IMG/VR virus record: IMGVR_UViG_3300012267_000021 | Span: 1 to 28,352 of that record | Source of the DNA: a virus | Taxonomy: Duplodnaviria; Caudoviricetes | Direction: 5' to 3' (one strand) | DNA: 28,352 bases | In this document: piece by piece, positions 10,001 through 18,915 of the stretch | Numbering within the stretch: the first letter of the stretch is position 1 | Layout: each line of letters opens with the position of its first letter | Notes under the pieces: model-generated | The model's input: only the letters and a program-made list of their open reading frames with translations | The model's database searches: none | Told to the model about the DNA's origin: nothing | Position numbers and translations under genes: made by a program

Positions 10001-10313
10001 TGTCCTCTAAATACGCATCGTCCATGCAGCGAATTAGATATAGGAAATCTTCAAACTCGTCTGGTCCTTCTTCAATATAAATACTAGCGTACTCTCTTAT
10101 AGCTGAAAAGGGAATGGGCGATGGGCCCATTGACCCAGTGCGGCAACTGCTTAATTCCCTAAATGCCTCAAGATAGAATGAGTAGGGCCCTACTTCTGGC
10201 ATCCTTTCCCCTTCTCTTAAAAGGCCTTTGGCCTCAAGATTGTGGTAGAATCCACTTTTGATTTTAGGCCCCCACTTCATAGACCATCTGACATATCGGG
10301 CTAGGAGTTTCCC
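9924..10313 (-). CDS. Tail assembly chaperone frameshift extension (gpT-like part of gpGT)
   Basis: The -1 frame is open from the GGGAAAC slippery site (GKLLARYVRWSMKWGPK...) into the 118-aa ORF containing SCR..SMGPSPIPFSAIREYA. Confidence 0.82.
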   Translation of the reverse strand, partial: GKLLARYVRWSMKWGPKIKSGFYHNLEAKGLLREGERMPEVGPYSFYLEAFRELSSCRTGSMGPSPIPFSAIREYASIYIEEGPDEFEDFLYLIRCMDDAYLEDSEKNGNTTSSESNKNTSGHKRGRRS

Positions 10314-10699
10314 AAGTCTTCTCGATACGAACTAGTGGCCGTAGCGTACTCATATATGCTCTCAAACAGATCAGGCAAGTTACAAAAAAGCTCAATCGCT
10401 TTTTCTTTCTCGAACTTTTGCTCCTCTCCATCAATCTCAACTCCCTTCCAGTCTACTAAGCAAGACTCGACAAAAGAGCGAACTAAGATTTCTTTTTCTT
10501 TTTCAGCACTCATAGTTCCATTTTCTACCTGGCGAGCAAATGGCTTGTAGTATTTGGCCGTGGCCTGCTTTACTTTTTGAGCATTGGCACCGCCAAATCT
10601 TCTAACTAAGAATTGAGTTTCGTCAGTAATAGCGAACCAAATTCCATCTTTCTCCATTGATGAATCAGTCTTGTAGATGTTGTCTAAATTAGTTTTCAT
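10301..10699 (-). CDS. Tail assembly chaperone (gpG-like)
   Basis: Between tail tube and tape measure; EKDGIWF, LVDWKGVE, LPDLFESI motifs; RBS AGGAGG. Confidence 0.88.
   Translation of the reverse strand: MKTNLDNIYKTDSSMEKDGIWFAITDETQFLVRRFGGANAQKVKQATAKYYKPFARQVENGTMSAEKEKEILVRSFVESCLVDWKGVEIDGEEQKFEKEKAIELFCNLPDLFESIYEYATATSSYREDLGNS
10307..10313 (-). promoter_or_regulatory. -1 programmed ribosomal frameshift slippery site G GGA AAC
   Basis: XXXYYYZ heptamer in the correct phase just before the chaperone stop codon; a -1 slip joins the downstream ORF. Confidence 0.85.
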
Positions 10700-10757
10700 G
10701 AAATCCTCCTATAGATTGAGGTGCCATTCTTTCTCTAAGGCAATATACAGTCAAGAG

Positions 10758-10792
10758 AAAAAAGGCCCTGCGGGAGGTGTGTCCGCAGGGCC
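10758..10792 (-). terminator. Rho-independent terminator after the tail tube gene
   Basis: GGCCCTGCGG-9 nt loop-CCGCAGGGCC followed by T6 on the minus strand. Confidence 0.85.
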
Positions 10793-10853
10793 GTACTCGT
10801 GGAGTCTCTTAGGGGGAGGTTAGAACCTAAGAAGGAGCAATGAGTTATTTATA

Positions 10854-12047
10854 CTATACGGTTGGGGCCCTGTAAATAAGCATAGAGGACTCGCCGTTAG
10901 CTCCAACTTTTGCAGTTCCCGTCATATTTAAGAACACATCTTCGTTGGCCCCAGTAGATGCAGGGTCTTCAAAAGACACCTGAATAGCTGGGAAGAAAAA
11001 ACCATAGTAGCCGTCTTCGTTCTTAAGCTGAAAGCCGATAGAAAAAGGAGTTTGAGTAAGTTTTTTAGCGAGAATATCCCAGTTGTCATCTGCCAAGTAA
11101 GCAGTAAGACTAATTGAAATGGCCGCTGTGCCAGGAGAGTAATCTACTGGGGCACTTTCTCCAATACAAGTTTGAGCAGTGAGATTGTTGTCTAGGCTAA
11201 CTTCCAGTGATTGAATACAGAACTCTGCTTCTTGTAAATCACCTACAGCAGAAGATGATATGTGTGGCATATCAATTGAGCCGTTTAATGAGTTAGTTGT
11301 AGCAGGACTGTCTACTGTCCTAGAGTCTGTGATAAAGTCTCCGGCCACTTCTACTGGCTGGTACGCAACGCCGCTAAAGCCGAAAGTACCATTTACAATT
11401 TCGCCGTAAGATACGTTTAATGACATATTACTAACAAGCATACCTTTATAATTAATGGCCTTGTCGGTTAAGTCTTCGAAAGACTTTTGCATAGAAAAAG
11501 ATTTCTTATTAATACCAACTGATAGTTTGTCACACACCTGGAAAGAAGTAGCAGTCCCTGTCCCGTCTACCATTCCTTCTGGTCCAACATATTTGATTTC
11601 AGTAGCAGAGTTGATGGCAGTAACCATAATTTCCGTGTTGTTTCCTGCGTCATCAAATCCTGCAAGCACTACAAAGTCTCCAACTGCCACTTCTCCGTTG
11701 AAGTCTCCAGCGGCGCGAGTGATTGTCTTAGCAGTATTGTCTACAGTTAGGTCAACTGACACAGCGGTAGAAGTTGTAAAGTCACTCAATAAAGCAGACT
11801 CCATAAATGATTCTACGACTTCTTCTTTGGCCGCTTCAAAGTTAAGTTCTCCACCGACTGTGAGGCCAGTAACAACTTGCCCACTAGATAATCGGTCAGT
11901 TCTAATCTGAGCAGACTCAGTTGTTTCGGGCGTACCTGATAAAGACTCGGAAGTGAATCTAGCAGTTTTAAAATTGCCTGTAGCGGGTGTTTCCCCGAGG
12001 GCGGTTTCCTCAATTAGGGATACTTTGACTAGGTTGGACGAACTCAT
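10854..12047 (-). CDS. Major tail tube protein (Phage_tube_2-like)
   Basis: EETALGETP...RFTSESL...ESAQIRTDR...VGGELNFE; strong RBS and downstream terminator; upstream of the chaperone. Confidence 0.88.
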   Translation of the reverse strand: MSSSNLVKVSLIEETALGETPATGNFKTARFTSESLSGTPETTESAQIRTDRLSSGQVVTGLTVGGELNFEAAKEEVVESFMESALLSDFTTSTAVSVDLTVDNTAKTITRAAGDFNGEVAVGDFVVLAGFDDAGNNTEIMVTAINSATEIKYVGPEGMVDGTGTATSFQVCDKLSVGINKKSFSMQKSFEDLTDKAINYKGMLVSNMSLNVSYGEIVNGTFGFSGVAYQPVEVAGDFITDSRTVDSPATTNSLNGSIDMPHISSSAVGDLQEAEFCIQSLEVSLDNNLTAQTCIGESAPVDYSPGTAAISISLTAYLADDNWDILAKKLTQTPFSIGFQLKNEDGYYGFFFPAIQVSFEDPASTGANEDVFLNMTGTAKVGANGESSMLIYRAPTV

Positions 12048-12094
12048 GGAAAATCTCCTTATTTACATTTTATTTCATTTTGCTTAAAGCATTC

Positions 12095-12547
12095 TTAAAG
12101 GTCAAGATCGTACTCATAGTCTACAAGTAAACTCGCAGAAGTCCATCCACCTTCAAACTGTAGAGTGGCCCCTGCCTCAAAATTAGGAGGAGCTACGCTA
12201 TTGACTCTAATCTTACCAATTCTTCTACCTCTAAGTAAATTCCTTAACGTCTCAGCACGAGATAAAATACTAGTCCCTGCCCCTATGGCGGCCACTCCTA
12301 CTATATGGAAATAGACAACACCGAGCTCCCTATATTTACCTGAGTCGTTTGTGGCCGGAACCGTAATTGGCTCCTCGCCATTTCCGATAAACTGTACTCC
12401 AAGCCAAGGGTCATTTCTGCCAATTGAGTAGTCATTAAGCATTTCGTCTAACTCCCTAAACTCGGCAGTTAAATCTATATAGTTTTCTGTAGGGGCATTT
12501 GCCGCTATGAAACTTTCAATTTGATCTCTTACATAGCTTGCACTCAT
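12095..12547 (-). CDS. Tail terminator / completion protein
   Basis: 150 aa immediately before the tail tube; YRELGVVYFHI...GAGT...AETLRNLLRG pattern. Confidence 0.65.
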   Translation of the reverse strand: MSASYVRDQIESFIAANAPTENYIDLTAEFRELDEMLNDYSIGRNDPWLGVQFIGNGEEPITVPATNDSGKYRELGVVYFHIVGVAAIGAGTSILSRAETLRNLLRGRRIGKIRVNSVAPPNFEAGATLQFEGGWTSASLLVDYEYDLDL

Positions 12548-13344
12548 TGAACTATTCCTTGTGTGGTAATGTCTAGTAGTATCGAAGGATACATATAAAA
12601 TCCCTTATTGAACTTGCCTTTGGGGTCGTAAGTAGCCCTGAATTGTTGTCTTGAACTAGGAGGCAAAGGCTGAGTAATCCCTAGATACTGGCCAGGAAGT
12701 ATTTCAAACTTAATTTTAATGTTTCCCTTATATTTTCTTTTAGCCGATCTATAGCTTAGTTGATAAACTCCGTTAGGTTTTAAAACCCTAGAGCCACTTC
12801 TTTGTTTTTCATCTTTAGACTTCCTGGTAGATCTCTTTCTTCGCTGGGCAGTAACCCCATATCTTTCAAGAGCATGTGCGTAGGGTGCAGCATTTAGAAA
12901 TCTAAGTCTGTCTCCATCTTTAAACTCTGGAGGGTTGGCAAACCAAGTAGCTAGCTCCTCAGAACTACTGGCTATTTGAACAGAGTTGAAAAACACTAAG
13001 TTTTGACTCGCATATAGTCCAGTGTTTTTTGGAGTCCTTTTTTCGATATTTTTCATGAGGTCTATGGCCGCTACGCCCACAGAAATTTTTGCTTTATACT
13101 CGATCTTGCCTAGAGGTTTTACTTGATCTACTGGCTTGCCTACCCGATTATCGACAATGACTACTGGGTTTTTGTCGAATCCTTTGGCCTGCTCTTCCTC
13201 TAAAACTTTGTCTGAAACAGCTATGAGTGCATTTCTGGTAAATAAGAGTAAATCCTCTAGTGTCCTAGTGCCACCAAAATCCGTCTCTATCTCATATACT
13301 GGTGCGTTCTTCCCTTTTTCTTTGATTTGTATTTCTAGTGTCAT
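12544..13344 (-). CDS. Neck / tail completion protein (HK97 gp10-like), basic
   Basis: RTPKNTGLY and FLNAAPYAHALERYG motifs; position between head closure and tail terminator. Confidence 0.65.
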   Translation of the reverse strand: MTLEIQIKEKGKNAPVYEIETDFGGTRTLEDLLLFTRNALIAVSDKVLEEEQAKGFDKNPVVIVDNRVGKPVDQVKPLGKIEYKAKISVGVAAIDLMKNIEKRTPKNTGLYASQNLVFFNSVQIASSSEELATWFANPPEFKDGDRLRFLNAAPYAHALERYGVTAQRRKRSTRKSKDEKQRSGSRVLKPNGVYQLSYRSAKRKYKGNIKIKFEILPGQYLGITQPLPPSSRQQFRATYDPKGKFNKGFYMYPSILLDITTQGIVQ

Positions 13345-13345
13345 A

Positions 13346-13678
13346 CTAATCAGTCCTTACTCTGTAGCCTATGATCTCGCCGCCGAGCCCTTTCATTAAC
13401 TCTATGTGTCTAATGACATTTATCCCATAGCCCGCCGTACTTTCATCAACTAACCTATCCCCTCTCTTAGGTGGGAGTAAGGCACTGTCTTTGACTTCTG
13501 AAAAAGCTATAATAAACTCTCGGCCTTCCATTATAATATCGGCCGGGCCATCCATGTTTCTAGAGTAGTTAGAGCTTGAGACTCTAATTGTCTCAGGAGT
13601 TTCTCCTGGCCTCTCCCAAAGAATGTCAAACCCTGTAATACTTAGAGCGACGTTAAATGCGCTGTTCAAGTTATTCAA
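13346..13678 (-). CDS. Head closure / head-tail joining protein (gpFII-like)
   Basis: 110 aa with PKRGDRL motif, following the adaptor gene. Confidence 0.6.
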   Translation of the reverse strand: MNNLNSAFNVALSITGFDILWERPGETPETIRVSSSNYSRNMDGPADIIMEGREFIIAFSEVKDSALLPPKRGDRLVDESTAGYGINVIRHIELMKGLGGEIIGYRVRTD

Positions 13679-14306
13679 CGTAGTTCTCCTTTATGGAGCC
13701 GACTATTGGACGCTCACTTCTAAAAGGGTCAAGCACGTTCCCATAGTCTCCCAAGATAAGCCCAAACCTTCTAGACCTATCGTTGGCCTGGAGGGTGTAG
13801 TCAAAGGACACGTTAATTGTACCTGGAATTGATATTTGCTGTACGTCTCGGCCAAAGTTTAAATCTACGCCGGAAATCTTTTTATTATATCTCTCCTCAA
13901 CTAAGTTCTTTACAACGGATGTAATGATAGGGGGTATTTCGTCAAACCCCGCGTCGTACTCAAAGACTATTTCTTCTTCACTATAAAAAGAAAATAGCTG
14001 TCTGTTATTTCTTGTGACCTTCCCAGAAGGTTTATGGAAACGTAGTTGCGCCAAAATATCTTCTGTACCTATGGTGGCAGAGTCTAGGGATATGATAGGG
14101 TAATGAAACATATAGAGATACTTTTGAGGTACTCTGAAATCATCCCAGTAAAATGTCTGCACATAGCTTGCCCGCTCAAACTTACGCCCACAATAATTTT
14201 CGACTGTGCTGGAAATAACTTCCAACTGGTCAGTTAGGAATGCGTCATAGTCCGCTGTGGTAATTCCTAGGTGTGTTTTCATATCGGCCAAAGATACTAA
14301 AGGCAT
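13671..14306 (-). CDS. Head-tail connector/adaptor (HK97 gp6 / SPP1 gp15-like)
   Basis: LVSLADMKTHLGI...D.FL...VENYCGRKF and YDAGFDEIPP motifs. Confidence 0.85.
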   Translation of the reverse strand: MPLVSLADMKTHLGITTADYDAFLTDQLEVISSTVENYCGRKFERASYVQTFYWDDFRVPQKYLYMFHYPIISLDSATIGTEDILAQLRFHKPSGKVTRNNRQLFSFYSEEEIVFEYDAGFDEIPPIITSVVKNLVEERYNKKISGVDLNFGRDVQQISIPGTINVSFDYTLQANDRSRRFGLILGDYGNVLDPFRSERPIVGSIKENYVE

Positions 14307-14315
14307 GCAATTCTC

Positions 14316-14522
14316 CTATTTATCTCTTTTTCTATTACTTATAACCCAGAACAAATGACCCATTACAAATCCCATTATAAAAGTAAAAGCTGGGTAGTCG
14401 TAGCTCCACTCTATAAGTTGATTTGAAATAGAGGCGTTAGTTCCTTCGTCTAAAATCAAGTATGTGTCAAAAATAGCAATGGCCAGTATTGTGACAATTA
14501 TAAATATAGCTGCTCTGGTCAT
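14316..14522 (-). CDS. Small membrane protein with two hydrophobic segments (holin-like or unknown)
   Basis: 68 aa, two TM-like stretches, basic C-terminus (NRKRDK). Confidence 0.5.
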   Translation of the reverse strand: MTRAAIFIIVTILAIAIFDTYLILDEGTNASISNQLIEWSYDYPAFTFIMGFVMGHLFWVISNRKRDK

Positions 14523-14527
14523 AGTCC

Positions 14528-15541
14528 TTACTCCTCGTCTTTAGTTAAACAGTAGAAAGTGGCCGTCCCAAAAGAGCCTGAGATTTCTGCATCTCCTACA
14601 GAAGTAACTCTAATCTGCGCGCCTTGTGAACTTTTCAGGGCCTTAATAGATGCATAGTTAAATGGAAATACAACACACTCAGGTAGGTCGTCTATCGCTG
14701 GAATAGTACCCGTACCTAAGTTTGCCTCATTCACTAAGTCCTTCATTCCATTGTATTGTACATTTTGAAACTGGAACCTAAGCTGGTTTCTAGGTGCATC
14801 GGCCATTGGATTATACGTCGGGTCTTCTGGCAATATGGTATTTGCAGGATTAAATAGCGGGTTATATACCCATATCTCAAACCTCAACGGGGAAGTCATA
14901 CTTACATCTATAGCAAACTGTATTTCAGAGTGTTCGATAATTAAAACCTTCCCGCTCAGGGGTTGAATAATCCACTCTGACCCGTTCTCATAACTATAGT
15001 CTACAGTTAAAGCTCCGCTAGGAGTGCCATCTAGTGTTATCTTACCCTCTGCGTGATTGACTGTGTATGCGCTTATTTCAACGCCATCGTCATAGACGAC
15101 AATCCTGTATTGAGGCAGCGTGTCTTGCCTGTTTACTTTCTTATTTACTACGTCAATTACATTTGGGTTTGCTAGAGAATAAGTAAGCCCAGTGTCTAGT
15201 GTCGGTACTTCTCCTTCCACTCTAACTGACTCTGTGTACCAAGTTGTGCGATCACAGAAGTCGTGAGTGGCCCTAGCAAAAGAGTCATCCTCTGATTTCA
15301 ATATAATCACAGGCAAAGCTTCTTGAATGTCGGACTTAGTGTTTAATTTACTAAGTCCTTTTTCTTTGTACTTTTCCTCATAGTCAGTAGCATCACTAGA
15401 AGGCTTAAATAATTTACACGTACATTCAAAGGAGTCGTCATATCCCATCAAAACGTATTTGTTCTCAAACTCTAGGTGCCTGTATGTTATTGTCCCGTTA
15501 TCTATTAAGCTTGTAAATTCACTATAGTTTAAATTAAACAT
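14528..15541 (-). CDS. Hypothetical protein, probably a virion component
   Basis: 337-aa acidic, beta-rich ORF, translationally coupled (TAATG) to the upstream gene. Confidence 0.55.
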   Translation of the reverse strand: MFNLNYSEFTSLIDNGTITYRHLEFENKYVLMGYDDSFECTCKLFKPSSDATDYEEKYKEKGLSKLNTKSDIQEALPVIILKSEDDSFARATHDFCDRTTWYTESVRVEGEVPTLDTGLTYSLANPNVIDVVNKKVNRQDTLPQYRIVVYDDGVEISAYTVNHAEGKITLDGTPSGALTVDYSYENGSEWIIQPLSGKVLIIEHSEIQFAIDVSMTSPLRFEIWVYNPLFNPANTILPEDPTYNPMADAPRNQLRFQFQNVQYNGMKDLVNEANLGTGTIPAIDDLPECVVFPFNYASIKALKSSQGAQIRVTSVGDAEISGSFGTATFYCLTKDEE

Positions 15542-16824
15542 TAAAATACCTCGTCGAAAACTAGAGAGCCTCTGACATCTGCATTGTTGTCTAAAGACTT
15601 GGCAGTTAAGGTAAGCGTGTCGGATACTCCTGCGTAGTCACTAACTACTTTCAATAAGTCCTCAACTTTAGAAGTGTCGCTTGAAGAGTTGCCCCTGACG
15701 TAAAAATTAAAAAGCACATCCCCTCCAGAAATAGCAGTTGCAGTTTGGGAGTATTGAGCAATGGAGTTTCCTGGAACGTCCACCCAGCTTGCTCCTGTAA
15801 GCGTTCCGTTTAGGACCACTTGGCATTCTAAGTTGTCTATGTCGTTAGCAAACACATGAGGCTCTAGCAATAGTATCTGTCCTCTATTGTAGGCCGCCTT
15901 CAACCTTATAGAAATCAATGGCCTGAAAACACTGTTGTTTATGGCCGCGTCGTTACTTCTTCCAATAGCGTGACTTTGTATGGCATTAAACACTGCGCCA
16001 TTAGACAATACAGAAAAACATTGTATGTTCAATGTGGCACTGTTGGCCGCTGTTGCAGTGTTTATAACTTCTGACCTGACAGGGAAGTCTCCCGTTGAAG
16101 ACCAAGGAGTTTGTTCTGTGTTTGAAAATTGTTCTTTATGTACATAAATCACAATGCCGTTAATTCTTAGGCCCCAAATAATAGGTCCAGAGCCGTTCCA
16201 CTGGTATCTAATAAAATAGTTTTGTTGGCTATCTGGGTCTAGAGTTAATCCACTAGGGCCTGTGCCGTCCATTTTGTCAATGTTCCAGCTTGAGCTTATA
16301 GTCCTACTATCAACTACTGACCCAGAAGTCGATGTCCTTCTTACTGCATATATATCTCCATCCTCATATTCGAAAAACACCCCGTTTGAATTATCAAAAG
16401 AGCCGAGTCTTTGCTTTCTGTTAGCAGAGTTAGCACTGAATCTTCCCGTTATGTAAGACTCAAATGTCTGCCCAGGTATGTAGTGGATATATTCTTTTGA
16501 CTGATAAGTTGACCTCGACCCATTTGTAGTTGTGACATTCAGCTGAGCAGAAGAGGTGTTAGCGTCCCGAGTTATCGTACCACCAGAGGTCGTGAAGCTA
16601 GTCGTCAGTAGAGGTCTTAAGTCATATATAAATCTGGCATCATAAATTACTTCCGGCTGTGAAACTCTTTGCCTGTCATACCCATCAAATAAAGGATTAC
16701 TAACTCCTGACGTTAGCTTAGACTCTGTCTTTAATCTGTCCTCTACATTCCCTATGCGTGTATCATCCGTAGCACCACGTAGATTTACAATACCTTGTAC
16801 AAATTTGAAAACGCTGTTAATCAT
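15541..16824 (-). CDS. Putative virion protein with a lectin/ConA-like beta-sandwich
   Basis: FDGYDRQRVSQP, YIPG, GSFDNSNGVFFE, WNIDKMDGTGPSG motifs recalled from uncharacterised phage structural proteins; Ser/Thr/Asn-rich. Confidence 0.55.
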   Translation of the reverse strand: MINSVFKFVQGIVNLRGATDDTRIGNVEDRLKTESKLTSGVSNPLFDGYDRQRVSQPEVIYDARFIYDLRPLLTTSFTTSGGTITRDANTSSAQLNVTTTNGSRSTYQSKEYIHYIPGQTFESYITGRFSANSANRKQRLGSFDNSNGVFFEYEDGDIYAVRRTSTSGSVVDSRTISSSWNIDKMDGTGPSGLTLDPDSQQNYFIRYQWNGSGPIIWGLRINGIVIYVHKEQFSNTEQTPWSSTGDFPVRSEVINTATAANSATLNIQCFSVLSNGAVFNAIQSHAIGRSNDAAINNSVFRPLISIRLKAAYNRGQILLLEPHVFANDIDNLECQVVLNGTLTGASWVDVPGNSIAQYSQTATAISGGDVLFNFYVRGNSSSDTSKVEDLLKVVSDYAGVSDTLTLTAKSLDNNADVRGSLVFDEVF

Positions 16825-17456
16825 ACGGTCGCCTGAGTTGAAGTATCTAGTGTTCCATCCGTATTGTAACTATATGTGAAAGTTGTTGTTTTAGCTATGC
16901 TAGTGCCGTCGTCAAAAGTAAAAATATCTACTACCTCGGTCGTCACTCTTAGCTGAGCGTCATAAGTAAATGTGTGGAGAAGTCTTCTATTGGCAGCAAT
17001 CTGCGTACTGTTCTTATAGACAGTTACTTTATCTACTGTGCCGTCTGCATTGTAGTCTACTTTTTGAGTGGCAGATGCAGGACACAATCTATCTATTAAC
17101 TCCTGGAGATTGTCTCCCTCTGCCGTATTTTGGGAGGGTGCTTGGAGGAAGCTTATGAGGTCTGCTTCAATATCTAAAAAAGAGTCATCTAGTTTTCCCC
17201 CGGCATCAAGCACGATAGGGAGTCCGGCTTCACTAACTCCAGTTGAAATAGATATGTGTTCGTTCTCTCTGTAGTACCTGGCATCATGAATATGCTCATC
17301 ATCTGCCTCGGCACCGTCTACTAAATTCCCGAGCTTTTCATCTGTAAGTTCGAAGTTAGCAGTTTTTAAAGAAAGCAGTTTAATACTGTCTTCACTCTCT
17401 GAGTGACCCTCATATAGATTGTCGTCATTTACAAAGAGTATTTTAATATCTGCCAT
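16821..17456 (-). CDS. Fibre-associated protein; N-terminal ~92 aa paralogous to 17502..18890, C-terminal YD-like beta hairpins
   Basis: Direct alignment of the two N-termini; C-terminus has DYNADG, FTYDAQ, YSYNTDG. Confidence 0.6.
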   Translation of the reverse strand: MADIKILFVNDDNLYEGHSESEDSIKLLSLKTANFELTDEKLGNLVDGAEADDEHIHDARYYRENEHISISTGVSEAGLPIVLDAGGKLDDSFLDIEADLISFLQAPSQNTAEGDNLQELIDRLCPASATQKVDYNADGTVDKVTVYKNSTQIAANRRLLHTFTYDAQLRVTTEVVDIFTFDDGTSIAKTTTFTYSYNTDGTLDTSTQATV

Positions 17457-17467
17457 TAAGTTCCTTT

Positions 17468-17494
17468 ATAAAGGGGCGGCATAGGCCGCCCCTT
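17468..17494 (-). terminator. GC-rich hairpin (weak terminator or mRNA stabiliser) between the two paralogous genes
   Basis: AAGGGGCGGC-CTAT-GCCGCCCCTT followed by TAT, abutting the next RBS (AAAGGA). Confidence 0.65.
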
Positions 17495-17501
17495 AATCAG
17501 G

Positions 17502-18890
17502 TTACGCGTTACGTTTGATCTGTCTGACTTCTACGTGAAGGTCAGTAGCGTTTTTGGCCACGCCTACTTGCCAGACTGTACTACCAGAGCCAGTAGGGGC
17601 AGTAGCAACAATCGCACTTCCGTCCCAGAAATATTTGGCCCCAGGAGTAGCTCCTGTTATCACTCCAGTAACTACAGTATCATTCGATAGTACCTTGACT
17701 GTAGAAGATGCTGTCTCAGTGCTAAGAGCAATCCCTACGCAATAGTCAGGATTAGACAAAGTAGAAAATGGTAGAACCGTGTCGTTAGATGAGACATAAA
17801 CTAAGTCTCCGGCAGTTACCCCGCCTGTGCCCACAGTGTATTCAGTGCCAACATTTTCAATACTTCCTGCAAGTTGTTGAAGAGCAGCTTCTACATTATC
17901 TGTCGCAAAGAATGCTCCAGAGTCTAGAAGAGGAATGTCCTCGCCTGATACTTGATTAGTTCCCGTTCCAAAGTCTATGTGTGTGTCATTAATCCCGTCT
18001 GCTTTAACTCTGAGAATATCTGTGTCGATCTCAATAGTAGTGTCGTCTACGTTTGAACTAAGAACACCCGCTGTAAAAGCAAGCCCGTCGCCAGCAATTG
18101 AAGAAGCGACTCGAATATCAAGTCCTACTTTCTCAAGGCCAGTAGATGCAGTTGTAGATTCAAAAAGTTTTGCTACCCAGTTGGTACCGTCATAGAGAAA
18201 AAGTCTGTCACTTTCATCATCGGCAGAGACAAATGCACCAGTAGTAGGGGCAGTGAAAACCCAGGCACTTCCGTCCCATTCTGCAATAGAGTCTTCTTGT
18301 CCTATCCAGGCACCAGTAGCGGTCCCAAGAGAAGCGTCAATTAAGTATCTGTCTCCTGTACTCGGAGAGCCTGGAGGAGTAATTGCTCTGTCTATAACTG
18401 AGTCTTGCCATTCTTGACCAGAGAAAAGGTCATCAACATATTTCTTATGGACAAGATTTGTGTCGGCACTAATAGCAAGGGCAGAACTATAGCTTAGGAG
18501 TCCTGTCGCATCTCTAGTTCCGTCTACTAATAGGTATTGAGTATGGTCGTCATCGCCAAGGCCAGTTAGAAGTCCGTGGTCAAGAGTGCCAGCTAGGGCG
18601 GCAGGGTCGATTAAAGACTCGTCTAGTTTTCCTCCAGCATCAAGCACGATAGGGAGTCCGGCTTCACTAACTCCAGTTGAAGTAGAGACATGTTCGTCCT
18701 CTCTATAGTATCTGGCATCGTGAATATGCTCGTCATTAGCGTCGGCACCATCAACTAGATTCCCAAGCTTAGTATCTGTAAGTTCGAAGTTGGCAGTTTT
18801 CAATGATTGCATTTTAATACTATCATTGGCCTCTGAGTGTTCCTCATATAGGCTGTCTGCATTCACATAAATTACTTTAATATCTGCCAT
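17502..18890 (-). CDS. Fibre-like structural protein with a DUF2793-like domain and a C-terminal capsid-decoration-like domain
   Basis: WQDSVIDR..TPPGSPSTGDRYLI...ATGAWIGQEDSIAEWDGSAWVFTAP (DUF2793-like); HGLLTGLGDDDHTQYL; TDNVEAALQQL; C-terminal AGDLVYV...VGIAL...QVGVA. Confidence 0.7.
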   Translation of the reverse strand: MADIKVIYVNADSLYEEHSEANDSIKMQSLKTANFELTDTKLGNLVDGADANDEHIHDARYYREDEHVSTSTGVSEAGLPIVLDAGGKLDESLIDPAALAGTLDHGLLTGLGDDDHTQYLLVDGTRDATGLLSYSSALAISADTNLVHKKYVDDLFSGQEWQDSVIDRAITPPGSPSTGDRYLIDASLGTATGAWIGQEDSIAEWDGSAWVFTAPTTGAFVSADDESDRLFLYDGTNWVAKLFESTTASTGLEKVGLDIRVASSIAGDGLAFTAGVLSSNVDDTTIEIDTDILRVKADGINDTHIDFGTGTNQVSGEDIPLLDSGAFFATDNVEAALQQLAGSIENVGTEYTVGTGGVTAGDLVYVSSNDTVLPFSTLSNPDYCVGIALSTETASSTVKVLSNDTVVTGVITGATPGAKYFWDGSAIVATAPTGSGSTVWQVGVAKNATDLHVEVRQIKRNA

Positions 18891-18915
18891 TTTAATCCCT
18901 CCTGTGGATTATAGT

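Larger units (their letters stand above)
17188..18892. repeat. Imperfect direct repeat of ~270 bp (about 17188-17458 and 18622-18892) with a 45-bp perfect core (17203-17247 = 18637-18681)
   Basis: Copies are offset by 1434 bp both at the start codons and at the core; core gcatcaagcacgatagggagtccggcttcactaactccagttgaa. Confidence 0.92.

Noticed and set aside
2014-14306. Contractile tail, tailocin or gene transfer agent
   Set aside because: No sheath or baseplate wedge genes; organisation fits a siphovirus-type tail. Prophage versus free phage cannot be decided from this window.
17188-18892. Repeat pair as a diversity-generating retroelement TR/VR
   Set aside because: Both copies are coding N-termini, mismatches are largely synonymous and not adenine-restricted, and no reverse transcriptase is seen.
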